From a virus: a DNA stretch of 58,438 bases. Where the stretch lies: IMG/VR virus record IMGVR_UViG_3300045988_075769, positions 1 to 58,438 of that record; one strand, given 5' to 3'. The notes under the pieces are model-generated. The model made no database searches. It saw nothing but the letters and a program-made list of their open reading frames with translations, and was not told where the DNA came from. Below, piece after piece: positions 16,000-24,022 of this stretch. How positions within the stretch are numbered: the first letter of the stretch is position 1; every line of letters starts with the position of its first letter. Made by a program: the position numbers and the translations under genes.

Positions 16000-16607
16000 T
16001 GGATAACAGCAAAATCCATGAAGCTCTGATGGCTGTTCAGTCAGAGCTGAAAGCCCCCAAAGGGCAGATGAACAAATTTGGCGGATACAAGTACCGCTCG
16101 TGTGAGGACATCCTCGAAGCGGTCAAGCCCATCTTGAAAGCGCATAGCCTTGTGCTGCGGCTTTCCGACAAGCCTGTTATCGTTGATAGCTGGCACTACA
16201 TCGAAGCCACTGCAACGGTTGAATCGCAGGATGGAGCCACCTATACGGTGACTGCATACGCTCGTGAGCCTGAGTTTAAGAAGGGCATGGACGATTCGCA
16301 GATTACCGGCACTGCAAGCAGCTACGCTAGAAAGTACGCCCTGAACGGTCTGTTCTGCATTGACGATACGAAGGACGCTGACACGGACGAGTACCAGAAG
16401 CAGACCACAAGCAGGGCAAGCAAGCCTGCGCAGAAGCAAACAGAATCGGAAACTATCCCCCCATGCGCTTGCTGCGGAAAGCAGTTGCAGCCTATTCAGT
16501 ACAACAACCGCACAGTCACTCCGCTGGAAACTGCAAGAAGCACAAAGAAACGCTTTGGGCGTGTCCTGTGTTGGGACTGTGCCCAGAAACAGCCGAAGGA
16601 GGGCTAA
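15999..16607 (+). CDS. erf: ERF-family single-strand annealing protein
   Basis: YKYRSCEDILEAVKPILKAHSL and TGTASSYARKYALNGLFCIDD match ERF motifs. A C-terminal CxxC...CxxC is also present. Confidence 0.8.
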   Translation: MDNSKIHEALMAVQSELKAPKGQMNKFGGYKYRSCEDILEAVKPILKAHSLVLRLSDKPVIVDSWHYIEATATVESQDGATYTVTAYAREPEFKKGMDDSQITGTASSYARKYALNGLFCIDDTKDADTDEYQKQTTSRASKPAQKQTESETIPPCACCGKQLQPIQYNNRTVTPLETARSTKKRFGRVLCWDCAQKQPKEG

Positions 16608-16610
16608 ACA

Positions 16611-17030
16611 ATGCTTAACTCTATCGCAATTCAGGGGCGTCTGGTTCACACGCCTGAAGCTAAGGTCACGAAGTCTGGCAAGGATGTTTGCACGTTCAGC
16701 ATTGCCTGCGACCGTCAGAGCGGCGGCCAGAAGGAAACCGACTTCTTCAACTGCACCGCATTTGGTAATACGGCACTGTTCGTTTCCAAGTGGTTCCAGA
16801 AGGGCAGCCTGATTTTGGTGACTGGTAGCATCCAGACCCGGAAGTATACCGACAAGCAGGGAAACAACCGCACCGCAACGGAAATCATGGCAAACAAGGT
16901 TGATTTCTGCGGTGGCAAGTCTGACAGCAAACCCGCCGATCGGGCGCAGGATGCACCACAGAACTATTCGCAGGGAAACGCAGATGACTTCTCTGTGATT
17001 GACGACAGTTCTGATCTCCCTTTTGACTAA
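16611..17030 (+). CDS. ssb: Single-stranded DNA-binding protein
   Basis: OB-fold pattern MLNSIAIQGRLVHTPE...TDFFNCTAFG...ILVTGSIQTRKYTDKQG, with an acidic tail ending DDSSDLPFD. Confidence 0.9.
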   Translation: MLNSIAIQGRLVHTPEAKVTKSGKDVCTFSIACDRQSGGQKETDFFNCTAFGNTALFVSKWFQKGSLILVTGSIQTRKYTDKQGNNRTATEIMANKVDFCGGKSDSKPADRAQDAPQNYSQGNADDFSVIDDSSDLPFD

Positions 17031-17068
17031 CGGTTACGCTACCGGAACAAAAGGCGAGAAAGGAATAG

Positions 17069-17635
17069 ATGGAGGAACTTTGGAAAGACATTCCGGGATA
17101 TGAGGGGCTTTATCAAGCATCGAATCTTGGAAGAATCAGAAGCGCACCGGGTAAAATAACATCTTCTGCAAGGTATAAAGTCAGAGTTTGGAAAACAAGA
17201 ATTATTAAGCCGAAAACAGAAAGAAGATACAGAGACTCAAAAGGGAACGCAGATGAACGAGTTGAACTTTGGAAAAGCGGCTCTCATAAAACTATGTTGG
17301 TTTCAAGGCTTGTCGCTATGGCTTGGGTTGATGGATACGAACCAAATTTGACAGTAAACCATATTGATGGCAATCCGTCAAACAACATTCCCGAAAATTT
17401 GGAATGGGTGACTATTGGAGAAAACGTAAAGAAGGGCTTCCAAGAAGGCCTTTTTGAAAAGTGCTGTAAAGATGTCGCGCTCATATCTCCAACTGGTGAA
17501 ATTCATTACTTTGGAACATTAAGAGCCGCTTCAAAATTTTTGGGAAAGAATAACGGCTATTTGAACGAACGCCAGAAGCGAAATTACAAGACTGGGATTG
17601 ATTCAAATGGTACGCATTGGCTAATTAGAGCCTGA
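17069..17635 (+). CDS. HNH homing endonuclease (NUMOD4 + HNH_3)
   Basis: WKDIPGYEGLYQASNLGRIRS is the NUMOD4 motif. VNHIDGNPSNNIPENLEWVTIGEN is the HNH motif. Confidence 0.85.
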   Translation: MEELWKDIPGYEGLYQASNLGRIRSAPGKITSSARYKVRVWKTRIIKPKTERRYRDSKGNADERVELWKSGSHKTMLVSRLVAMAWVDGYEPNLTVNHIDGNPSNNIPENLEWVTIGENVKKGFQEGLFEKCCKDVALISPTGEIHYFGTLRAASKFLGKNNGYLNERQKRNYKTGIDSNGTHWLIRA

Positions 17636-17688
17636 CCGCCTACCTTATATAAGAGCTGCGCTATCTGGCTGGACGGGCGTTTGGAAAG

Positions 17689-19599
17689 ATGAAACACTTG
17701 GGCGACATCACAAAGATTCACGGCGACAAGATAGAGCCTGTGGATTGCATCACGTTCGGTAGCCCATGTCAGGACTTGTCCATTGCTGGACGCAGGGCTG
17801 GACTTGCCGGAGAACGCTCCGGGCTATTCATAGAAGCGGTTCGAATCATAAAGGAAATGAGGTCAAGCACAAATGGATTGCATCCAACTTTCGCTATTTG
17901 GGAGAACGTGCCCGGAGCATTCAGTTCCAACGGAGGAGAAGATTTCAGAGCCGTGCTGGAAGAACTTGCCCGCATTGAACAGCCAGACGTTTCAATTCCT
18001 CGACCTTCGGGTAGGGGGGGCAGATGGAGCAAAGCTGGAGCAATCGCCGGAAATGGATGGAGCTTGGCTTGGAGACAGCTCGACGCTCAATATTGGGGAG
18101 TTCCCCAGAGAAGAAAACGTATCGCTCTTGTCGTGGATTTTGCAGGTCAACGCGCCGGAGAAATACTATTTGAGCGAACGAGCCTGTCAAGGCATCCTGA
18201 TTCGCGCATCCCGGCGTGGAAAGAAATTGCCGGACTTACTGCAAACTGCCCTGCTGGAAATGATGGAGTGGTGGGAGCCGGGCGCGGCCGCAAAGGCGAT
18301 GGAAATGCTGATTGCAGAAGAACAGAAACGGATAAGACGGGAGAAGCTGACCGCTCTGAACGAGAGGAAAGAACGGATAAGAGAGAAAGCAGAGAAGCAG
18401 CTGCGTACTCTCTTAAAATCCGCTCTGGCTGTGCCGGGGGCGGAAAGGGCGCACTTGTGCAAACAGAAAAAGTCGGGACGCTATCGACACTCCAAGACCA
18501 GACGATTTTCCAGCTAGTGCAAGCCGGGGAGATAATCCCAATAAACACACAAATCGCTACAAGACACATCTCGATGGGGGAAAAAACAGGTCTTGGAGTT
18601 GGAAAGAATGGAGACCCGTCCTTTACTCTACAGGCACGGCATGAACACGGCGTGTGCTATTGCATTGCGGGAAACATTGTTGACAGAGCCGATACGGCAG
18701 GGGCGAACGGCTTGGGCGCAAAAGAAGAAGTGGGCTATACACTGAACACAATCGACCGTCATGCAGTTGCGTATTCCATAAATCCGTTGTCAAGTAACAG
18801 CATGAAATCGGCAAATCCGTACAGCGGGTTCAATGAAACAGGTGTAAGTAAAACGCTCGACTGCTCTGACGCAAACCCAACGAAGAATCAGGGAGGACTT
18901 GCCATCGTTCAGCCGATTCCGATTCAAGACAAAACAGGAACCCTTTCGCCCGGCGCTCACGCTGGAAGCTACAATGGACAGGATGCTTACAACGATATGC
19001 TGGTAAGGTGCAGAGTTTTTGACGCAAGAGGTAATGGAAATGGAAAGATAGTTCCGACCATTACGGGAGATCACGAAAGCAGAATCACAGACTACACGGC
19101 AATCGTAACAGAACCGGAAGATTGTTTGACACCGTGGGATAATCAAGCTCGGAGGATATATAGCGAGAACGGAACGTTTCCAGCGCTGGCTGCAAGAGAA
19201 AAAGCGGGGCAAAATCAGCAGTCCGTCCTAACGGAAACGGAAATTAGGTGGATAGTCCGCAGACTGACCCCAACGGAATGCGAACGTCTGCAAGGCTACC
19301 CGGACGGCTGGACAGATATCGGAGAGTGGGTAGACACAAAGGGTAAGAAGCACAAGCCGACGGACAGTCCGCGCTATAAAGCGCTTGGAAATTCCATTGC
19401 ACTTCCTCAGTGGTTCTGGATTGCACAGAAGATGAAGCCTTATCTGAGCGAAAATTCCACGCTAGGCAGTCTGTTCGATGGTATAGGCGGCTTTCCGCTT
19501 GTTTGGCAAAAGACTTATGGAAACGGTACGGCACGATGGGCGAGCGAAGTTGATAGCTTCTGCATTGCCGTTACAAAAAGGAGATTCGGCGAAGAATGA
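17689..19599 (+). CDS. C5 cytosine DNA methyltransferase, circularly permuted (IV-X then I-II)
   Basis: Motif order along the ORF: GSPCQDLS (IV), FAIWENVPG (VI), VPQRRKRI (VIII), RRLTPTECERLQGYP (IX), YKALGNSIALP (X), and finally LFDGIGGFP (I) and WASEVD (II) at the C-terminus. Confidence 0.8.
   Translation: MKHLGDITKIHGDKIEPVDCITFGSPCQDLSIAGRRAGLAGERSGLFIEAVRIIKEMRSSTNGLHPTFAIWENVPGAFSSNGGEDFRAVLEELARIEQPDVSIPRPSGRGGRWSKAGAIAGNGWSLAWRQLDAQYWGVPQRRKRIALVVDFAGQRAGEILFERTSLSRHPDSRIPAWKEIAGLTANCPAGNDGVVGAGRGRKGDGNADCRRTETDKTGEADRSEREERTDKRESREAAAYSLKIRSGCAGGGKGALVQTEKVGTLSTLQDQTIFQLVQAGEIIPINTQIATRHISMGEKTGLGVGKNGDPSFTLQARHEHGVCYCIAGNIVDRADTAGANGLGAKEEVGYTLNTIDRHAVAYSINPLSSNSMKSANPYSGFNETGVSKTLDCSDANPTKNQGGLAIVQPIPIQDKTGTLSPGAHAGSYNGQDAYNDMLVRCRVFDARGNGNGKIVPTITGDHESRITDYTAIVTEPEDCLTPWDNQARRIYSENGTFPALAAREKAGQNQQSVLTETEIRWIVRRLTPTECERLQGYPDGWTDIGEWVDTKGKKHKPTDSPRYKALGNSIALPQWFWIAQKMKPYLSENSTLGSLFDGIGGFPLVWQKTYGNGTARWASEVDSFCIAVTKRRFGEE
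17873..18517 (+). CDS. Embedded +1-frame ORF (214 codons) inside the MTase gene; candidate overprinted gene
   Basis: ATG lies 10 nt after GAGG. The translation looks like a real protein (PEKYYLSERACQGILIRASRRGKKLP followed by a K/E/R coiled coil) over the stretch where the MTase frame turns low-complexity. Confidence 0.35.
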   Translation: MDCIQLSLFGRTCPEHSVPTEEKISEPCWKNLPALNSQTFQFLDLRVGGADGAKLEQSPEMDGAWLGDSSTLNIGEFPREENVSLLSWILQVNAPEKYYLSERACQGILIRASRRGKKLPDLLQTALLEMMEWWEPGAAAKAMEMLIAEEQKRIRREKLTALNERKERIREKAEKQLRTLLKSALAVPGAERAHLCKQKKSGRYRHSKTRRFSS

Positions 19600-19811
19600 T
19601 TACCTGTTGTCTCAACTGTACATCACGCTGCACAGCTTGCCACGACACTTGCGAGAAGTACAAGGCAGAGAAGAAAGACTTCGAGGAGCGCAAGGCGTTC
19701 GTGCATGAGCTGAATTATAGCCAAAGCGTGTACCACCGCGATTATGAGGACAAGCACCGGGAACGTGGCAAGAAGCGGTATCTCGGAAGTGAATTTAGAG
19801 GTGAACGATAA
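19596..19811 (+). CDS. Small Cys-rich protein (71 aa)
   Basis: ATGA overlap with the MTase stop. Contains CCLNCTSRCTACHDTC. Confidence 0.55.
   Translation: MITCCLNCTSRCTACHDTCEKYKAEKKDFEERKAFVHELNYSQSVYHRDYEDKHRERGKKRYLGSEFRGER
19790..19809 (+). repeat. 20-bp direct repeat, copy 1 (TGAATTTAGAGGTGAACGAT)
   Basis: A perfect second copy lies at 20085-20104. The two copies bracket gene 19812-20087. Confidence 0.9.
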
Positions 19812-20087
19812 ATGGGAGCGTTTATTGCAAGACAGCCTAACGGTTTGCTATGTCGGTTTTCTTCGGTGGTCGATTGTGTCACCGATTACAACATGACCGA
19901 AGAAGAATATATCGAGATGTGTGCTGAAAAGGCACGAAAAGAAGCACGAGATGTTCTTGACCATTATATTGAGCCGTTTGAAATGGTTGACAGGTGTTTC
20001 TTCCCGAACAACATGACAATCGAAGAACACAAGCGGATTATGAAGGAAATGGAAAAGCCTGCTGACAAGGCAACTCGTATTCCTTGA
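19812..20087 (+). CDS. Hypothetical protein (91 aa)
   Basis: RBS AGAGGTGA, located inside the repeat. Confidence 0.6.
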   Translation: MGAFIARQPNGLLCRFSSVVDCVTDYNMTEEEYIEMCAEKARKEARDVLDHYIEPFEMVDRCFFPNNMTIEEHKRIMKEMEKPADKATRIP

Positions 20088-20104
20088 ATTTAGAGGTGAA
20101 CGAT
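20085..20104 (+). repeat. 20-bp direct repeat, copy 2
   Basis: Identical to 19790-19809. Confidence 0.9.
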
Positions 20105-20462
20105 GATGATTTGTAAAGCAAACAATCTTGAGGAAAACACGCTTGAAGTTGTGCTTCCTGTTGGTTCGGACAAAATTTTTGAAAATGTACGTCGTGTTTC
20201 TGTAAAGACGTGCGATAGCAATTTGGCGAAATTTTTTCCTGAGGAAGCGTTTGGAGCGGAAGCGTGGATAAGAGTTGAGGATGAAAAGCCGAAATACGAT
20301 GAACCTCTCTTGATTTTGGTTGTAAGACCTAGCGGAGAATGCTTTAGAGACATCGGATGGCTTGACAGCAAAACAAAGGAATGGAACAGGACATACCAAT
20401 TAGCCGACGACACAATTACGCATTGGATGTATCTTCCCGGCTTTCCGGATTTTGAATCATGA
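20103..20462 (+). CDS. DUF551-like protein
   Basis: C-terminal EDEKPKYDEPLLILV...THWMYLPGFP is a DUF551-type pattern. Confidence 0.55.
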   Translation: MMICKANNLEENTLEVVLPVGSDKIFENVRRVSVKTCDSNLAKFFPEEAFGAEAWIRVEDEKPKYDEPLLILVVRPSGECFRDIGWLDSKTKEWNRTYQLADDTITHWMYLPGFPDFES

Positions 20463-20983
20463 ACACTGGCAAGCAGTTTGAAGCAGACTTCAAAGCGTCC
20501 GTGCCAAAGGATGCGTGGTGCTACCGCTTGAAAGACAGCGCCGCCACCTACTACGGCGGCAACGAGAACTTGTCCTTCTCCATCGACAACATTTGTGACT
20601 TCCTTGTGTACCGTTACCCGATGAACCACTTGTTTGAGCTGAAAACCATTGAAACGCCCTCTATCCCTCTGGAAAAGGTGTTCGGCAAGTACGACAAGGA
20701 AAAGTGCAAATATCGCAAGGAAAAGCACATCACGGACATGGTGGAAGCAATGGGGTACAGCGGTCAGACCGCCCATGTGATAGTCAATTACAGGGCGGTC
20801 AACCGCACCTTTGCAATCCCTGCCAGCAAGGTTCTGGCGTTTCGTTACAACGAGAGCCGCAAGAGCATCCATTGGCAGTGGGCAGAGCAAGAGGGGATAG
20901 AGGTCAAAGCAAAAAGGCTGCGTGTCCATTGGCGGTATGACGTGGATGCGCTGTTGAAAAGATTGGAGAAAGAGCATGGATGA
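20459..20983 (+). CDS. PD-(D/E)xK nuclease, RecU-like Holliday-junction resolvase candidate
   Basis: NTGKQFEADF...DNICDFLVYRYPMNHLFELKT gives a D...E-x-K arrangement similar to RecU. Confidence 0.45.
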   Translation: MNTGKQFEADFKASVPKDAWCYRLKDSAATYYGGNENLSFSIDNICDFLVYRYPMNHLFELKTIETPSIPLEKVFGKYDKEKCKYRKEKHITDMVEAMGYSGQTAHVIVNYRAVNRTFAIPASKVLAFRYNESRKSIHWQWAEQEGIEVKAKRLRVHWRYDVDALLKRLEKEHG

Positions 20984-21161
20984 AGTGTTTAAGTGTGACC
21001 GATGCGGCGAAACATTTAATATGGGCAATTGGTTCAACCTCAACATGATTGAAGCAAGGGTATACAGCACTGGATGCCCACAAGATTATAGTTTCAATCT
21101 TTGCCCCTCTTGCATGGCTGCATTGGCTGTCCTATGGCTGGTAGGGGGGCAGACAGCGTGA
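20976..21161 (+). CDS. Small Zn-ribbon protein
   Basis: CDRCGETF...CPSC. Confidence 0.45.
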   Translation: MDEVFKCDRCGETFNMGNWFNLNMIEARVYSTGCPQDYSFNLCPSCMAALAVLWLVGGQTA

Positions 21162-21165
21162 GTTT

Positions 21166-21351
21166 ATGCGCTGGCCTTCTTATGAAAAAATGTACATTTC
21201 TGCGTTTGAAAGAATGCTTGATGTCAGAAAAGCAAAAGGCTTGCCGTGCGACTGGCAGGCCGGCATGGACGTTTTCCGCTGGTGGATGGAAGACGACAAC
21301 ATCAGCGGTCAGTTGAGCATAGACGATTTGATGGAGGATAACAATGTTTGA
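21166..21351 (+). CDS. Hypothetical protein (61 aa)
   Basis: ORF within a tight + strand array. Confidence 0.45.
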   Translation: MRWPSYEKMYISAFERMLDVRKAKGLPCDWQAGMDVFRWWMEDDNISGQLSIDDLMEDNNV

Positions 21352-21526
21352 TTTTGCAACTCGCTGGCTGGTCTGCTTAGTCCTGCTGGCGGTAGTAGTT
21401 CAGTCTGAACGGACAATCAAGACCATGGCGAACAGCCTGTTTGAGGAACGGCAGGCAATGCTTGTCTGGCTGTTCGTCAACGTGTGTCTGGCCGTTTGTA
21501 CGGCTGTTGTGATGGGGTGGAAATGA
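21344..21526 (+). CDS. Small membrane protein
   Basis: Two hydrophobic helices. It overlaps both neighbouring genes. Confidence 0.45.
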   Translation: MFDFATRWLVCLVLLAVVVQSERTIKTMANSLFEERQAMLVWLFVNVCLAVCTAVVMGWK

Positions 21527-21714
21527 TGATTCAGGAAATTAACATGGTAGGGCGTGAAAGACTGGCTTTTCTGTATGGTCTTTATAGCGGCTGTGCGGAA
21601 TCCGAAACTGAGCTTAATATCAAAGGCATTTATCAGGAAATGGCTTCCGAGTTAGCTTGGTGTTTGGGATTCAACGAGAACGGCGGCAAATGTTATGAGA
21701 TGAACGGGGAATAA
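21523..21714 (+). CDS. Hypothetical protein (63 aa)
   Basis: ATG at 21523 follows GGGTGGAA and overlaps the previous stop. Confidence 0.45.
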   Translation: MMIQEINMVGRERLAFLYGLYSGCAESETELNIKGIYQEMASELAWCLGFNENGGKCYEMNGE

Positions 21715-21717
21715 CCA

Positions 21718-21882
21718 ATGGATAATGAACTTTACTGCCCGATGAAAATGACCAGCAATCCGCTTGGTCGGTGCATCTGTGAGAAAGAAAAGTGCGCGTG
21801 GTGGAACGAACTTGGTAGTTGTTGTTCCGTCTGGTGGATTGCAAGGAATCTGAACAACATCGAAACGAAGATGAAGAGGTGA
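21718..21882 (+). CDS. Small Cys/Trp-rich protein (54 aa)
   Basis: Translated by hand: MDNELYCPMKMTSNPLGRCICEKEKCAWWNELGSCCSVWW. It is below the ORF-track length cutoff. Confidence 0.45.
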   Translation: MDNELYCPMKMTSNPLGRCICEKEKCAWWNELGSCCSVWWIARNLNNIETKMKR

Positions 21883-21886
21883 GAAC

Positions 21887-22258
21887 GTGAAGCTGGTTGA
21901 TGTTGAGCCAATCATTGCGGCGTGGAAAACTGTTGGTGCTAGCAAAAAGAATGAAGCAAAGTCGTTTTTGGATAGCAAAAACTTCATCGTATACATACAA
22001 GGACAAATCAGAAGTAGCATTGGAGATGTGTTTTTAGATTTAGCCAACGTATTGGAAAAATCTGAGCCCGCCAATATATGGTTTGATTCCAAGAAAGTTT
22101 TACCCGAAAAAGACAAAGAAGTTCTCGTAAAAAGAGAAAAGTTTGGCATTGAAATTGCATTTTTATCTTATGAAGGATTATGGCAAGACAACGAGTGTTT
22201 TGTACTTGTGGATGTAACTCATTGGGCGTATCTTCCTGAACCACCAAAGGAGGTCTGA
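21887..22258 (+). CDS. DUF551 protein
   Basis: GTG start follows GAGGTGAG. C-terminal LPEKDKEVLV...THWAYLPEPPKE. Confidence 0.65.
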   Translation: MKLVDVEPIIAAWKTVGASKKNEAKSFLDSKNFIVYIQGQIRSSIGDVFLDLANVLEKSEPANIWFDSKKVLPEKDKEVLVKREKFGIEIAFLSYEGLWQDNECFVLVDVTHWAYLPEPPKEV

Positions 22259-22261
22259 CAC

Positions 22262-23017
22262 ATGGCAACACCCCCGAAGCGTGGTCGTGGCAGACCGCCG
22301 CTGACCGAAGCGGAAAAGAAAAAGCGTGAGAAGCGAGCGCAAAAGGCGAAAGAGCAAGCTGCTGCGAAGCGTGAGAAAGAACGTGAGAAGAAGAAACAAC
22401 AGATGCTTAACAAGCGGAAATCTATCCGCTCACAGGTGAGTAAAAAGGTGAAAGAACAGCAGGAATTGGCAATCACGAGGTCTAAGATGCTGAACACAGG
22501 CGATTTGCAGTCAAGAATCGGCGATGAAGAGGACAAGAAAGTTGTCGGCATGATTGCAGCCAAGTATTTTGGCGACCTTCCGAGCGTGGACATGAACAAC
22601 CCGATTGAAGTGCAGCAACGCCTTGATTTCTTCTTTGACGCTTGCATCGAAGCCAGAATCTCCCCTGTGGTGGAATGGATTGCGCTGGTGCTTGGCATTG
22701 AATGGCCTAGTCTTAGACAGATTATGACAGGCAAACGCCGTGACGACAGCTTGCAGCAGAAGTACATCTTGAAGCTGATTCTGCAAATGCAGTCCATGTG
22801 GGCGTACAACGGTATGTATGGTCAGGAAAACCCGGCAGAGTGGATTTTCCGAGCCAAGAACTATTTTGGCATGCGTGACAACGTGGAAGTCACCGTTGCG
22901 CCGCCTGAACAGCCGTTGGGTGATGCCCAGAGCGCAGAGCAGCTTGCCCAAAAGTACCAGACGGCTTTGCCGAAGGGGATTGACGTGGAGTACAGAGAGG
23001 TGGTGGAACATGACTAA
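22262..23017 (+). CDS. Terminase small subunit-like protein (Terminase_2-like) with an AT-hook-like basic N-terminus
   Basis: RLDFFFDACIEARISPVVEWIALVLGIEWPSLRQI and EWIFRAKNYFGMRD resemble TerS motifs. The N-terminus contains GRGRPP followed by a K/E run. Confidence 0.5.
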   Translation: MATPPKRGRGRPPLTEAEKKKREKRAQKAKEQAAAKREKEREKKKQQMLNKRKSIRSQVSKKVKEQQELAITRSKMLNTGDLQSRIGDEEDKKVVGMIAAKYFGDLPSVDMNNPIEVQQRLDFFFDACIEARISPVVEWIALVLGIEWPSLRQIMTGKRRDDSLQQKYILKLILQMQSMWAYNGMYGQENPAEWIFRAKNYFGMRDNVEVTVAPPEQPLGDAQSAEQLAQKYQTALPKGIDVEYREVVEHD

Positions 23018-23207
23018 CGGCGATTTTATCCGCTCCATGACGGACGAGGATATTACAGAAAACTTTACGCGGGGCATCTGCGAGCTTATCAAGAATCGAG
23101 ACCCGGAGCGTTGCCAGAACCGTGAGCATTGCTTCCATTGCGTCAAGGACTGGCTGAAAGAAAAAAACAAAATCATGGTGAGGGCTGACCAATGGAAAAT
23201 AAAATGA
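23010..23207 (+). CDS. Hypothetical protein (65 aa)
   Basis: ATG at 23010 overlaps the end of the upstream gene. Confidence 0.45.
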   Translation: MTNGDFIRSMTDEDITENFTRGICELIKNRDPERCQNREHCFHCVKDWLKEKNKIMVRADQWKIK

Positions 23208-23246
23208 GAAAAAGAATCAAAGCTCAGTGAATGAAAGGCTAAAAAA

Positions 23247-24020
23247 ATGAACTACGGGTATGCTCGTGTGAGTTCATCCGACCAAAACGAAGCACGGCAA
23301 ATAATCGCATTAAAAGAAGCCGGAATTGAAGAAAAAAGTATCTATGTAGATAAGCAGTCCGGCAAAAATTTCGACCGCCCTGCATGGAAACGGATGAAAA
23401 GAAAAATAAAAAAAGGCGATGTTCTTTTTATTAAAAGTCTTGACCGAATGGGACGAGATTACATAGATGTACAAGAACAGTGGCGACAGCTAAACAAAGT
23501 GAAGGGTGTTGACATTGTAATACTGGATATGCCGTTGTTAGACACACGAGCAGACAAGAATCTTGTGGGAACGCTTATTAGCGACATTGTGCTACAGCTT
23601 TTAGCTTTTGTTGCGCAAACAGAACGAGAAAACATTAAACAACGTCAACGCGAGGGCATCGATGCTGCAATGGCTCGTGGAGTTAGGTTTGGTCGTCCAA
23701 AGAGAGAATTGCCAGATGGATTTGAGGAAGCGTTCCAAGCGTATCTAAATGGGAAAATTGCAGGAACAGAAGCGGCAAAGAAATGCGGACTTCCTTATGG
23801 AACATTCTACACATACGCAAGGCAAAGGATTCCTGCTGGCGTGAAAATTCCAAAGCCACAGCCAAAAGAAAATCCGAAACCAAGAAAATTAAAAAAACCT
23901 GAACATTTTGACGAAGTATATTTTTCGTGGATAAATGGTGGAATGACAATGGAAGAAGCTGCAATGCTATTAGGAATTACAGAAAAGCGTTTTTATAGGC
24001 TTACGGAAGCGGAGGGATAA
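23247..24020 (+). CDS. Small serine recombinase (resolvase/invertase family)
   Basis: YARVSSSDQ catalytic-Ser motif, plus SLDRMGRD and QTERENIKQRQREGI, with a C-terminal HTH. Confidence 0.85.
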   Translation: MNYGYARVSSSDQNEARQIIALKEAGIEEKSIYVDKQSGKNFDRPAWKRMKRKIKKGDVLFIKSLDRMGRDYIDVQEQWRQLNKVKGVDIVILDMPLLDTRADKNLVGTLISDIVLQLLAFVAQTERENIKQRQREGIDAAMARGVRFGRPKRELPDGFEEAFQAYLNGKIAGTEAAKKCGLPYGTFYTYARQRIPAGVKIPKPQPKENPKPRKLKKPEHFDEVYFSWINGGMTMEEAAMLLGITEKRFYRLTEAEG

Positions 24021-24022
24021 AC

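Noticed and set aside
20090-21070. 326-aa minus-strand ORF across the DUF551/RecU-like genes
   Set aside because: It is antisense to three tightly coupled + strand genes with recognisable motifs. It has no RBS and a junk-like sequence.
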